From Amoebidium appalachense (lineage: Eukaryota; Protista; Ichthyosporea), in assembly GCA_963693365.1 (NCBI GenBank), contig CAVNZM010000006.1:10667355-10731354 (forward strand): a stretch of DNA of 64,000 nucleotides, given 5' to 3'. Below the pieces are notes generated by a model. It was not told the origin of the DNA, ran no database searches, and worked only from the letters and a program-made list of their open reading frames with translations. The translations under genes and the position numbers were made by a program. Shown piece after piece: positions 26,436 through 51,646 of this stretch (within the stretch, counting starts at the first letter, position 1; the number at the start of each line of letters is the position of its first letter).

Positions 26436-28540
26436 TTTCTTTTTTTTTTTTGGAGGTCGGGGGGAAGGGAGGGAAATGGGGAGTTGCTTGGGGGAACAAA
26501 CGGTTGCAAAAGGGATAGAGCGCAGGGGGGATGGGGGGGAGGGGGGAACTGGGATGAGGAGACGGATACCCTTCAAGCGGCTCAGACGGGGCAGTCCCAA
26601 GCACAGCGGGGGCACTTGGGGGCTGGGCAATGAACGGCTGGTATGTGGGTACCCCGGGGCCGTACGGCGCAGGTAAATTGGGGGGCGGCCATGAATAGAC
26701 CCCCGCAGGGTGACCTGTGGGGACCATGATGCCGGGCACTGTGGGGTACATGGGGGCCAGGAGGGGCTTGCTCGTGGCCATGGCCCCCCCCAGTGTGCTT
26801 AGCCCGGGGGGAAGGCCGGAGGGGCCGGGCTGAGAGCTCCCGGACATTGTGCGTGGTTTCTGAGGCATCCGTCGTATATGGGCAAGAAGGTCCGGATGGT
26901 TGCGCTGGAAGTGCGGATGGCGAAAGATGTTGGGGTGCTTGCGCCCAAAATGCTTGTAGCCGTTGACCTGGGGGGGTGGCTGGGTGAGATTTCCGTGCAT
27001 GGTTGGTGCATGTTGTGCACAGCTGCAATTGCTGTGTCCGCATCGAACCTACTCTAGGCTCTGATCCATATGGGTAGCCGTAAAATAGCGTGCGACAAGA
27101 GTTGGAAAAACACATATCCATTGTTTTAATTTTCACTATGAAGCTCTCCCAAAAACCCTAGCTCTCGAAAACTGCAGTGCAAATCAGACCTCTGAGGTGC
27201 TCGGCGTGGATATGTTTCATTTTATAGCAGATATCCCGCATCTTGATAACAAGGATCGATAAAAGTCCGCATATAGCAACTGCATCAAACACAGAGGAAG
27301 TTTCCATACATGAGCTTGATAAATGCAAGTATATACATATGCACACACCCACCTGCCCTATCCACATACACCCACACGTCACCACAAAAGAGCCAAAGCC
27401 AAACGGATAGGGATGACACAAGAACACACAGAATCGTACACTCGAAAATAATGCCGTTTGACGACAAAAACAATACACGACCGAGCAGTGATATGGCTTT
27501 CACACCAAATGATGCCTTTAACTGCCTGCAAGCCCAGAAGTCATGACATGACTCCGGAACCAACACACACACAATATGGGGCTAAAAATTGGGCGCCAAA
27601 ATGAGTTGTGAATGTGACACTTGATTGTGGAATGCTATCTTCGAGATTTTGGCAGACTGCATGGCCGTACCGTTCGTGAAATCACGATCGCTGAGCTATG
27701 CAGTCGAAATGTTATGACCAAACAGACCAATAAATGTGAGTTTCAACGTAGATGAATGGTCAAAGTCTTCAGCTGATGACGCCACTGAAAACCACATAAA
27801 TTAGCTTTGAAGCGATACGAAATCGAACATTAAATTTTTAGCTCACTGCTTTTATGAAACGGAAACGCGGGTGTGTTAAAAAAAAAAAGACACTTACACG
27901 GTAGGAAAAGGAACAGGACATGAAACTAAGTGAATTGCTCTCAGCGACCCATAGTATTGCCACACACTGTGACACTTCACAAACAGCACAGCGCCACAAA
28001 AGTCGACACACAATATGCACAATGCTTCACACCACGCATAAAAATCACACGTGCGTGTAATCCACACACACACACACACGAGCAGACGTGACACGGACAT
28101 GCACGCTCGTGCAACATGCACATGCATGGCACGCTCGTGCAACATGCACATGCATGCAGCTGTTACAAAACATGCTGCAATGTGAACTGGCAATGAAGCA
28201 CCGTGCCCCAAAAGACAAACACACAACCTTAGCACAAATGCACAACCGAAGAGCCCCGCGCGCACACACACACACTGAAACAACAAACGTGAACATGTAC
28301 CTTGTTGAAGCCGTACATGTTGAGCTGCCTCACAAACGAGGTGTAGTTGCTCGTTTTGAACACGCTGTTGGCGCGCCCAAGGACGCGCTGAGTAAACACA
28401 TCTGTGTCTGGAATGACAACGCACGAGCCATCTGGGGACCACGTTATTGCATCGGAGTAGCTGGCATCGCTGACGAGGGCATGAAGCTTGAGGATGAACG
28501 TCGGGGTGCTGCTCTCTAGGATGAAGTGATGTGTACTCAT
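25395..28540 (-). CDS. HSF-type DNA-binding-domain transcription factor, 490 aa, 3 exons
   Basis: Exons 28540-28301, 26967-26570 and 26229-25395 total 1473 nt, in frame. HSF signature FILKLHALVSD..AITWSPDG..FKTSNYTSFVRQLNMYGFNK|V..FRHPHFQRNHPDLLAHIRR, with the intron at the position typical of HSF genes. Pro/Gln-rich tail. Confidence 0.9.
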
Positions 28541-30874
28541 ATGTGCTGGCCATAGGGCGCGGTCACATGGCCCTGGTGTGGGGGTGGGGTTTTGGCTGGT
28601 CTGCTACGTCTCTCTGTGAGAGATACGGCTCTGTTTTTGGTCGGTCGGAGTCTCATTAGCGCTACGCTTGGGCGTGGAAACCCACGGCCCGCACGGGGTT
28701 GCAGCAGACACCCCACACGTGCCCCTAAAGCTTCTGACCACGCCTATGCCCCTAATTCCTGGTTCCCTCGCCGTGTGTGGCGGCATGGACAATCCTGTTT
28801 GACCGAATTACTGTGTGCTTTTGAGAGTTTAAAATTCCCTGCTTTGGTCCTGCAGCCAGTTAAAAAAATGCGACTGCCTTGTGTCTCCAAATTGACAACA
28901 TACACCACACAATTGCGTAATGCAGGTTCCCTCCAAATGAAATGTAAACAGCCTGCCACTGCACCTAAATTACTGCACCTCGCTCCTATTTGTCCTTTAA
29001 CATAGTGCCCATTAATAATGACCTTATGGCCTGCATTTCTACACACCCAAGCGCGGGTGGGACGCTGCTATCCCGCTGAAAACGCAGGAGACGAAAACGC
29101 AAAACATCCCCCTACCGTGGGTGGGAAGGGCAATGACGGAGAAGTGAAAGACAGTGTGTAATAAAACAGACCATCCACAAAACCCCGTCCTGCCTCGGCA
29201 ATGAGCCTTTTACGCTACGCAGATCCGATTGGTGGAGCCAAATTTCTTAAGTTGCTGTGTGTGGGCGCGGCAAGAGGTCGTGCTTTCCGTTTAGGACATT
29301 TCACAATGAGTTATTTCGACTAACACGAGAGCTAGCTAAGCACCTAAATTTCGAAAATTCAGCATAACACGCTTATAGAATATAATGGACCTATATTTTT
29401 AGTGTTTCGTAACATAATTGGCGAGGCTGCTGCTAACCAGTTGTAGAATGCGGGGTTAGTGTCAATAAACTCTGGGCAACATTGATTGGCTGTTTATCAC
29501 GACAACCAACTGCTCACCTTATAGCCAATCAATCGTGACAAACCTGTATCCAATCGGAAATAGGCAGGTGGAACGTTCGCATTCTCCTGAGATCTACTCA
29601 GGAGGCCGCGCATGTTGCCGTCTGTGGCCCGGACACATAAAGTAGCACATGCCAACATAATTAAAACTTAATTCATCACATCTATAAACAGTGCGGGGGC
29701 GCAAGTTAGCGGCAACTGGAGCCTATGGGGCTCCAAGGATCACCGAAAGGACAACAAACCTTGGTGTTATGATATCTGCCTGTTGCTGCCGGGCGATCTA
29801 TTTGCGTGTAAGACAGAGGGGGGCAGGAATTCAAATAGATCACTACACTTCACAGTGACGCAGCCACACAGGTAACTAATTGTTGTGCTGTTGTGGATAT
29901 GGTCGTCATGCATGCTGCCACAGCGGGCACATAATAATGTTTTAATCCTCTGTCCGGATATCCGTTTGCCAAAACTTCATATTGTAGTGGCTTTACCGGC
30001 CTGGGATTCGACATTCTTGTGATCCGTCGGCCACCGTCGGACAGCTGAACCGTAGCCGTTAAGTTCGAATGTGCACCGAATACAGAAAACCGACGTGCAA
30101 AGTAGGACATCTGCTACACCACTATAGCCCTGCAAAAAGGGAGATGAGCGTTTATTGTTCTCGTTTCCCGTTGTATTTCCTAAGTCAATATGCTATCTTC
30201 AAGAACGTGTTGCATCTATTGTAGTAAGGCAACGCGACTCAACAGAGACCGACGTCGACGCTGCATATTTCAGAGTGGACACGTCATGACATCAATCGTT
30301 TGCCCCCTTCTAGATCGCGCAATGATTGGCTAGCCAGCTAAGCCATATTAGATTACAGTAAAACTGAAGCCAAAATTTCAGCCAATCACATAAAACGAAA
30401 ACTTTATGTGCAGTTGTGTACATTGAATGCAGACATGACTTGACTTATCAAACAAACTAATTAGGTCCTATCGAGCACGATATATCGAGCTAAGCTAGTC
30501 TATAGATAAGCTGATTTTTAGAACGTAATATGGCTATTCTTCTGACATTATATTAATAATACGGTCAAATGCTTCATTTCTGACCCATGTAGATTGCAAA
30601 GACATGGGGATTCCTATTGGCGCCCTGTTTACTACCATCGGCAGCCAATAGAAAGTCGCCGCACCGAAGTACATGTGCTTTTACGCCAGCCAACCAGTTG
30701 AGTGCATGTGTCTGAGAATTCCTCAAGTTGCCCATTTCGGAATAACAGGGTCTCTACCCGAAACAGTCACTTTTGAGGGTGATTATATCGGGATGTGAAA
30801 CTATCGGGTTGTCAATAGAGGGTTAGGGGAATCTATTTGCGCAAACCGAGAACATGGGTTGCGTACCTAGCTCA

Positions 30875-31308
30875 CGCGCAATATTATGCTGCTGGCCATG
30901 GCCTTTGTACGCAGCATGTCGTTCGACATTGGCACCGGCACAGCACAAACCAGTTGTGCAGCTCGGTCTCCACCGCCTGGAACTTGCCCTCGCGAAGGTT
31001 TTTCTGCTTCAAAACGGCAGGCGAGGCTGTCTTGGCCTTTAAAGGATTTTTTTCTTTGTTGCGGGATTCACCAGCTTGGTCACAGTCGAGCGGTCAATGC
31101 CAAACGCGTTGCACACACTGTCGTGCTTCTCTTTATTACCCACACGACGAATGATCGCGATTTTGTCTTTCAAAGACAGACGCTTAACAGGCTTGCGTGG
31201 TTTATGCCCGTCTTGCGCCCTCTTATTAGCCTGCTGCAAACGCTTTTTCAGGGCCTTCTGCTCCTCCTGGGCCCGCTTCGCGGCCTTTACCGCGCCCACT
31301 ACCACCAT
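30875..31308 (-). pseudogene. Degenerate pogo/Tigger (CENP-B-type) transposase N-terminus: HTH_psq-like plus HTH_Tnp_Tc5-like fragments
   Basis: KRLSLKDKIAII..EKHDSVCNAFGIDRSTVTKL, then after a frameshift QKNLREGKFQAVETELHNWFVLCR, then after a second shift VPMSNDMLRTKA. No DDE domain follows. Confidence 0.7.
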
Positions 31309-31510
31309 TTTTCCGAACTCTACTCTATTCCGGGCTCAACGACAAAAATGCCCTACGTGTCAAAGTGTGTGTGAAAATGTTTGCTGACGGCTGCATACCT
31401 GCACGTTTTCTGTTGTTTTTTTTTCGGCGGGCACGGGCCGCGCCAAAACCGCAAACAACCTTTATTTGATACTGGCCCTGCTCGTTCAAATTCAACCGGG
31501 TGATATATAT

Positions 31511-31729
31511 GACACTGACCCATTATTCACCCAAGTGTTGATTTTCAGACTGGTACCAGCTTATCGAGAACACAACTTCATATTTTTGCATGAGAATGTT
31601 GTGGGTTTCTGGCCGTGATATGACACTGACCCATTATTCACCCAAGTGTTGATTTTCAGACTGGTACCAGCTTATCGAGAACACAGCTTCATATTTTTGC
31701 ATGAGAATATTGTGGGTTTCTGGCCGTGA
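31511..31729. repeat. Near-perfect 111-bp tandem duplication
   Basis: gacactgacccattattcacccaagtgttgattttcagactggtaccagcttatcgagaacaca.cttcatatttttgcatgagaat.ttgtgggtttctggccgtgat starts at 31511 and again at 31622, with 2 mismatches. Confidence 0.95.
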
Positions 31730-31879
31730 TCACGATCGAGGCATTTTTTTTGAGGGGGGTTGGGGGGGGGGGGGGGGGGGGAGGGAAAGAAGGAACTGGG
31801 CCGGGGGGGGGGAAGGGAGAGAGAGAGAGAGAGAGACTCGGGGGGAGAGAGAGAGAGGGGGGGGGGGGGGGGGGAGAGA

Positions 31880-31944
<65 letters not shown>

Positions 31945-32701
31945 GGGGGGGGAGGGGGGGGGGGGGGGATGCCGGTATCCGCTTGCTGGACCAGGTAAGG
32001 GGTGGCCGCAGACGCTCTCGTACCGAATCAGCAACCCGGGCCCACACCGGCGCATGCCAGTCCAAACATGCCAGACTATGCATGAGACAGCCCGGAGGGG
32101 TGTCACTGCTGCACTGCAGATCGATGATTGGTAGAAGTAGTAGGGTCCCCCAATAATAGGTACCACTATTGGTTAGCTACCCCCCCCCCCCCCCCCCCCC
32201 CCCCGGTCTCTCTCTAGATCTGCCAGTGAAAAATTGAAGGCGTCACCGGGTGGGTCGGCGTTCTCTCTCCAAAATTTCTGATAAATTTGATCCCCCCTCC
32301 CCCCCCCCCCCCCCCCCCACCCCACCCCCTCCCCCCCCTCTGCGCCCAGAGGGGAGGGGGGCGGGGGGAGGGGAGGGCAGCCGCGAACCACTGGCAGGCG
32401 CACACGGGTGCACGTGCACGTCGGTGAGGGAGGGCGGATAGCTTCACGGGGGGGGGGGGGGAGGGGGGGGGGGGGGGGGGGGGAGGGGGAGAAGGAGCGG
32501 GCATGTACACTCGCAGTAGGCTCGGCACGTACCGTGGCCCGCATACACGACGACACAGCCATAGCATAATTAGAGCACACACACCTGCACAGTGCCTGTA
32601 CATGGCGTGCACACATCCGCACACGTGTGCACACACACATACACACACACAGTCACGTGCGCGTGCACACACACGCGCACACGTGCACACACACATGCAC
32701 G

Positions 32702-32733
<32 letters not shown>

Positions 32734-33195
32734 TGTGCACACACACACGCGCGCGCGCGCGCGCCTCGAACCACAAATTCAATGTCGTGCACAACACACA
32801 CAAACCATTGGAAAAATATGGTAGTCACATGCACCGGCCTGGCTTTCATGAGGCTTATGTCTCTTCACTTCAGTTCAGTGTTTTTTTGTTTTTTGTTTCG
32901 GTACTATTATGTTTTCATGTCTGACTTTGACAGTAACACGGACATAGATACTTACATAAAACAATCGCTCGGTGGGGTCAACGGAAGGGCGGCCCTCTTC
33001 TTTTGCAATCAGGACAATTTATTAAATACTCATAGACAAATCAAACACAGGCCGCGTGACAGGGCAACACAAACATACGAGCGGATCTGAGAAAGGGCAT
33101 ATCAAGAAATGAACAGTGTCTGAAGTAAACAAATATTCATGATTACGGAACCCATGGGTGCAAGTGCCAGCCATTCAAATTACTAAAGTGAATGT

Positions 33196-33238
<43 letters not shown>

Positions 33239-33342
33239 ACAACCAAAATCCCCACACCTACGTGTGTAGTCGTTGCCTGCAGAGCACCCAGGGCCCATCA
33301 CACCACAGCCGCGCACCAAGCCACCGCCTGACATTTGTGAAC

Positions 33343-45309
<11,967 letters not shown>

Positions 45310-45949
45310 ACTGCCCACTGTTGCTCAGCACCTATGTCTTTCCAACGTTGAGTTGGCCCATAAGGAGGGGAGAAGATCCCGCCTGGTGGAGCTGTGTAAA
45401 AATAAAAACTGGGACCATGAGAGGTCCGAATGACCTGTGTATGCGGGGAAGTGAAAGTGAAACTACAAGTAACAGGCGGTTCGCTAAAAAACACCTGACT
45501 CTATGTATCCGAGGCCCTGCCAAAAGTACCGTAAGCCAAAAGCGACTGCGCCTTCGGCCAACTTGAACAGAACAGCTGGTTGAGGAATGCAATATTAGAT
45601 TTTTTGCGTAATGGTTGATAGGCTTGTAACCCAATCGGAACCATTCCCGCCGTTTCTCAAAAGGAACATGATTGGTGGACCATTTGCGGTCATTCCTGTT
45701 TTTGGTGGGACGTGCTTTCATTGGCTACGAGGGAAGCAACACTATTGGACTAAGAGGTGGACTAACTTTAAGCCAGCTTCTAATTGGTAGCAAATCACTT
45801 GGTATTTTCTTGTTTTTGCATACAGCCAGCTCAGCTTGCCTTGACTCGGCCGGCCTGCGCGCGCACCCTCTAGAAAAACAGACACACACCAAGTGGCACG
45901 AGTGACGAGTACACACACCCGCCTCTGACAGCGACCTGCACGCAGCACC
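45310..45949. promoter_or_regulatory. Bidirectional promoter region shared by NFXL1-like and dUTPase
   Basis: 640 bp between divergent ATGs, free of simple repeats. CCAAT/ATTGG at ~45631, 45671, 45720, 45743 and 45783; E2F-like ttcccgcc at 45644-45651. Confidence 0.6.
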
Positions 45950-46567
45950 ATGCCCTCTGCGACCACCACCAGCGCACCCCCCGCCATGCTTAGCCACGTG
46001 CTCCCCAAGCTGCGCGTCAAGCGGCTGACCCCTAAAGCCACCCTGCCACAGAGGGGCAGCAGCAAGGCAGCTGGCTACGACCTGTTCAGGTGTGTTCATA
46101 TGGGTTTGAGTGAGAGGTGCCTGCTTGGAAACATTAGAGGAATGACAGAGTGTATAGGGCTACTTTTGCTTTTCGTGTGAGCTACAATTGCTGTAGGGCC
46201 ACTTGCGCTGTTGGCCATACCTTTGTGGCAGGCGCTTTCTCCTTTCTTCACCATCCTCTCTTTGTGAAGGTAACAAGTGCTTACTAGCTGGGTGCAGCGC
46301 TTACGACACAGTTATCCCTGCACGTGGCAAGGCGCTCATCCAGACGGACATCTCCATCTCTATCCCAGACGACTGCTACGCACGTGTGGGTGAGTGTTGA
46401 TTGGTTCCCCGGCCTACCCAGCACGGGAAAATTTGCTACCGGCCATGTAGCAAATGCACTCTTCCCTTCCATGCCCTTCCCCCAATCTCTTCCCCCCCGC
46501 CGGGGCCCCACCCTTCAACGCCGCCACCCCCAACTCTTTGGGCTTCCACTTCACGTTCGCAAGACCT

Positions 46568-46608
<41 letters not shown>

Positions 46609-47542
46609 CGCACACACACACACACACACATACACATCTACAACAGGAAACACCATACTCGCCTTTGATTTCTATCGATGCTGAGCTCTGCCCATATATC
46701 GTTCCGGTGGTTTTTTTCCTTTTTGCAAAACTTCTAACATCCTGCACCGTGTTGTCCTGTGCGTCTTTGTACCCTGTAGTTTGTTTTCTCTTTAAAGCTC
46801 CCTCTACCTTCAATATCCCCTATGCGACACTCACGTTGCCCTTTCTCAACCACTATCACAAACTTCGGAACACACTGTCCTGTTGCAACAGCTACCTTAC
46901 TCATCCCTTTCACACTCTTCCCTTTCCCTGCATCACTTGAGATAACCCGAGTTCTGCCCCTTTGCTACCTCCCCTTAATCATTTCAACGGCTGTTTTCCT
47001 TTAACCCATAATTGTTTGCCACACCATGGGGTGATACCCCATAGTTGCTTGCCACGACAAATATTTCTGCTTTCTACCGCTGGTCTTTATCACAGCCCAC
47101 TTGGCGCCTGCACACGCCTGCAACTCTCTATGTATCCACTTTTTAGCACTTCCCTTTCCCGTGGCCACTTTCTCTGACTTCCCTTTGCCCCCCCCCCCCC
47201 CACCCTCCCTCGTTACCTGCTCACCTTACCTATCCAATCCCCCCTCCCCCCCCCCCCCCCCCCCCCCCCCCCTCCCCCTCTCTTCTCCCTGCAGCACCAC
47301 GGTCTGGGCTTGCCTGGAAGCACCATCTGGACACTGGTGCAGGAGTCATTGATGCCGACTACCGAGGAAACGTGGGGGTGGTCATGTTTAACCACGCAGA
47401 CACAGAGTTTGCAGGTGGGTGTTGGCTTCTATCGCGCTATGTCTCTTGTTGCTTGTGTTTGTGCAGTACGCATTATCTGGTGCTGCTGTTTCATGCATGT
47501 AAGCGCAGATGCTCCACGCCCCTCCCCCTTCCCCCCCCCCCC

Positions 47543-47573
<31 letters not shown>

Positions 47574-48705
47574 GGGGCCACACACACACACACCCAAACA
47601 CACTTCTGGGTGTCGTGGATGTCTCTAGAAATTTAAATTGCTTTCATCTAGCAACCCCCGTCCACAAATATCAACCAGCTTGTGCACTCCATTTTCTGCA
47701 TCAATAGTGTCCCTGGATTGCATCAGGATTCTGACACCCCCATCTGCATATCTGCATGGAACACCACTTTTCGAGTGCTTCTTCCTTTCCAATTGACCTT
47801 TTGCTGCAGTCACCCCTTTCCCATCCTCCACCCCCCGACCCTCTCTCTCCCTTTCTCCTCCCCCTTCCCCCCTCCCCTCCCCCCTCTCTCTTTCCCTCCC
47901 CTGGCCTACAGCCCCCTCTCGCCCTTCCTCTTCCTCGTCCTGTCGCTGCCCCCTCCCCTCCTCCCTCCCTCCCCCCCCCCCCCCCCCCCCTCCCCGCCTT
48001 TGCCTTTTCCTTTACCCCGAACTATGCACTGACTTGTGCCGTTGCAGTCAAGAAAGGTGACCGCATAGCGCAGCTGATTTTGGAGAGGATCTACATGCTG
48101 GACATCGAGAATGTGGAGGTGTGTATTTCAAACCCTGTGGTCCGTGCATAAGATGGCTGTGCAGACAAAAAGCTCTGCTTCCCTCACACACCGCTTCCTC
48201 CTCCCTACCTTCCACTGTTCTTGTCCACCCCGTCTCCCCTCCTCCTCCCCCCCTTCCCCTCGTCCCCATCCTTTATTCTGGCTCCGAAGCTGTGTGCCTA
48301 ACCTCCCCCCCCCCCGCGGGCATGGTTGCTCTGTGTCGTGCATCTGTAAGCACATACGCATTTTTCGCTGCACTGCATTAGTTTGCACACACATATTCAC
48401 CGTTTTGCTCACCTTGCTTGCATAAGCAACCCTGCTCGTCTTTGATCAAGACGGGTTGACCCTCCCAAGTTCAGTTGATGCTGCTGTCTGAGTTGGAGAG
48501 TCGTATATACGCGGGCTAAGGGGTCGAAACTCAATCGCAATTGATGACTTGGGCCCTCCCTGAGGATGGGCTCTGCTTATGACACATACTGTGCGCATGG
48601 CTATGTTGCATACTTGAATGTTTGCCTTTGCATGTGTCCTTCGTGTATGCGTACTTCGTACCGTGTTCCGCATTCAAACCCCCCCCCCCCCCCCCCACCC
48701 CATCC

Positions 48706-48739
<34 letters not shown>

Positions 48740-49339
48740 AAGCACCACCTCATCCATGCCCACACATTCCTTTCTCAACTTCGTGTGTTTTAAGACCACG
48801 TAGCATGCACACACTGAACAGCATCCCAGGGTTGTTGGTGAGAGTCGGATGTAGCATGCATTGGGAAACGGGAAGTGAAACGTAGGGCAGGGGGGGACAG
48901 GGGAGGGCGGGGGGAGGGGGAGGGGGGGAGGGGGGGGGGGGGGGGGAAGAGGGGAGGGGAGGGGGGGTGAAGGGGGAAGGGGAGGGGGGTGGAGGGAGGG
49001 GGGGGGGGGGGGGGGGGGGGGGGTGTGCAGGAAGGGACGGGATGATGATTGGTGTCCGTGATGGCCGAGGTATTGGCTTCATGTTCTTATGCTTGTCTCT
49101 GTTTTGTTTGTTTTGTTTTTTTTTCCCTTCTTTTTTTATGGTTTCTTTCGGATGTAGGGGCGGCAATGGCTAAGAAGAGCAGAGATGAGGAAGGAGGCAA
49201 GGTGGTGGCATGAGATCAATCATTTTTGTGTAGGCTTTATTGACATGTTTTTGTATTTGTGCAGGACTTGGAGGAAACTGAGCGAGGGGCTGGTGGGTTT
49301 GGCTCCACGGGTGGATTCCAACCACAGCAACAAAACTAG
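45950..49339 (+). CDS. DUT: dUTP diphosphatase (trimeric dUTPase), 165 aa, 5 exons
   Basis: Exons 45950-46089, 46298-46389, 47295-47414, 48048-48118 and 49265-49339 total 498 nt. All five motifs are present: [39 protein letters not shown]. Confidence 0.97.
48317..48678 (+). ncRNA. Structured non-coding element, copy 2 (core 48421-48581), sense within intron 4 of dUTPase
   Basis: Homologous over ~360 bp to 17351-17728 (minus strand), with the same stems. Ends cgcattcaaa followed by poly-C. Confidence 0.65.
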
Positions 49340-49791
49340 AATGTGAGCATGTGTGCATAGGCGTATGTGACCAGCTTGATGCAATATTATCCATGATCTG
49401 GGCCGTAGTTATGTGCATACCCCCACCGTATGATAGAAGAGAGGGTTTGCCTGGAGTCCGGGCAGACACTTAGTGTGTGTTCGCCGAGGGGGGGAGGGGA
49501 TGATCACACTGTATATCGTGATTTGTGTACAGGACGATTGCCCCGGACACCATACCTTCACTAATATTCGTAGCACGAGTTAATGTGACCGTGGTACCTT
49601 AACATATCATGGCGCGATAGTTATGAAGGATGTATCATGCAGTCAGTAGGTCTGCAGAGCTATCGATTAACTCTTCCAATAAAACAAAAATCAATCGACT
49701 CCTGCATGCCCATCTAGTGAAGTGGGAGAAGACACAAGGCAGTTGACTATGCACACACACACATAAACGCACACTCACACACACTCAATCT

Positions 49792-49871
<80 letters not shown>

Positions 49872-49881
49872 CACCCACTCG

Positions 49882-49927
<46 letters not shown>

Positions 49928-50153
49928 CTGCATGTACAGTGGCAATACATCTGGCAGGCGTGTGCACATTGACCATGCATAAACTCTGTATCCTAAGTTC
50001 ACGTGCAGTCCGCAGGCACATATCCATCTTAGAACGCAATTTGATGTTGGCCGTATAATAACTGGCCACTACACACCTGGCCTTATTATAACCACCGTTT
50101 CAACATACGAACTCATATCCCCATTCCCGTTGCACATGCAGTGAAAGCTATCC

Positions 50154-50187
<34 letters not shown>

Positions 50188-50431
50188 ACCACCACCACCA
50201 CAAAAAAAAAAAAAAAAAAAAAAAAAAAAGAAGAAGAAGAAGAAGAAGGAAAAAGAAAAGAAAAGAAAGAATAGGAAAGAGAGATAGAAAGAAGGGCAAA
50301 AAATGGGCCGCACGGTGACCTACAGCCGGAATAGGTCTCCGGAAGGCATAGGTGTCTTCTCCTCCCTCCATCTCCTATTTTTCTTGCTTCTGCTTACTGC
50401 TGCAACTTTAACCCCCGGCCTTTCCCACTGC

Positions 50432-50677
50432 CCTTGCCTGCATAAGCAACCCTGCTCGTCTCTGATCAAGACGGGTGACCTACCCATGTTCAAGTGAAAC
50501 ACTATCTGAGTTGGGTTTCGTTAACGAGGTGAATTAGTCGAAACTCGGGTACTGTGGATGACGTGGGCCCCCCCTGAGGATGAGCTCTGCTTATTATGCA
50601 TACTCTTTATGTATGGCTTGCATTCTGCATCGTGTTATCCGTTTGTTCTTGTGTTCGTACTTTTTGACGCATTCAAA
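50432..50677 (+). ncRNA. Structured non-coding element, copy 3 (diverged; core 50441-50594)
   Basis: Same conserved blocks (cataagcaaccctgctcgtct.tgatcaagacgggt, tctgagttgg, gtcgaaactc, gatgac.tgggccc.ccctgaggatg.gctctgcttat) with pair-preserving stem changes. Ends cgcattcaaa followed by poly-C. Confidence 0.6.
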
Positions 50678-50686
50678 CCCCCTCCC

Positions 50687-50735
<49 letters not shown>

Positions 50736-50988
50736 ACCACCACCACCACCAACCATCCCCTCCTCACTTCCAGGCCCCCCTCCCTAGGCCCTCCCGGCCC
50801 AGCATGAACGTCACTTTAAATCTGGGGTAGCACTTGTGCACCCCTCCCTCCGCCCTGGCCCACCCACCTACCCACTCAGCCACACACACATTTACACACA
50901 CATGCACCCAGGCACCCACTCATCACATTCATGTACGCACGAGTGCCCCCGCGCTTTCGCACACACATGTGCGCGCGCACACACACGA

Positions 50989-51052
<64 letters not shown>

Positions 51053-51545
51053 CACACACACACACGCACGCGCGCGCGCGCGCGCATGTGTAGTCTCACC
51101 CATCGAACGTGGGCATATCCAAATCAAGTTGCAAGGGCATCGACATTAATCAAACCGTTCAGGTCATGTACTCACTATCATAGCGATATTTATGTTGAAT
51201 GATCATGTGCACGAAATTGTTTATTTGGGACGTTTCCGTATGTTTTGGGGGTTGTCATGTATGATTATTTATTTCATTATGGATAACCGATGGTATGTGA
51301 CCATCTCCATATTGTTTGGTCACAAAATGATGCCATTTCGGAACTCTTTATATGGCAAACATGCATATCTCGAGCTCGATTGCACCTATCTTGAATATCT
51401 CGTGAAAGTATGAACTTTCACCAATTGGACGGAAATACATAAATGAACTGGCTGGTATGCATCACTTTATCTGGATGTACCCACTGTTCGGGAAACGAAA
51501 AGGGGGAGGAGGGGGAGGGTTAGACTTGAATGCAATGGAAGCCTC

Positions 51546-51587
<42 letters not shown>

Positions 51588-51594
51588 AAAAAAA

Positions 51595-51646
<52 letters not shown>

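Noticed and set aside
29481-29541. Inverted attgattggct / agccaatcaat pair as a mobile-element end
   Set aside because: Adequately explained as two opposed CCAAT boxes in the promoter-like region upstream of the HSF gene.
30886-31374. 162-aa plus-strand ORF
   Set aside because: Antisense shadow of the pogo/CENP-B relic.
48421-48581. Hammerhead, HDV-like ribozyme or C/D snoRNA call for the structured element
   Set aside because: CUGAGGA and GAAAC are not joined by stems I-III in any hammerhead permutation. The HDV-like gctaa word lacks a P1/P3 nest and loses its C in copy 3. The C/D-like words are not terminal and not all conserved. Left unclassified.
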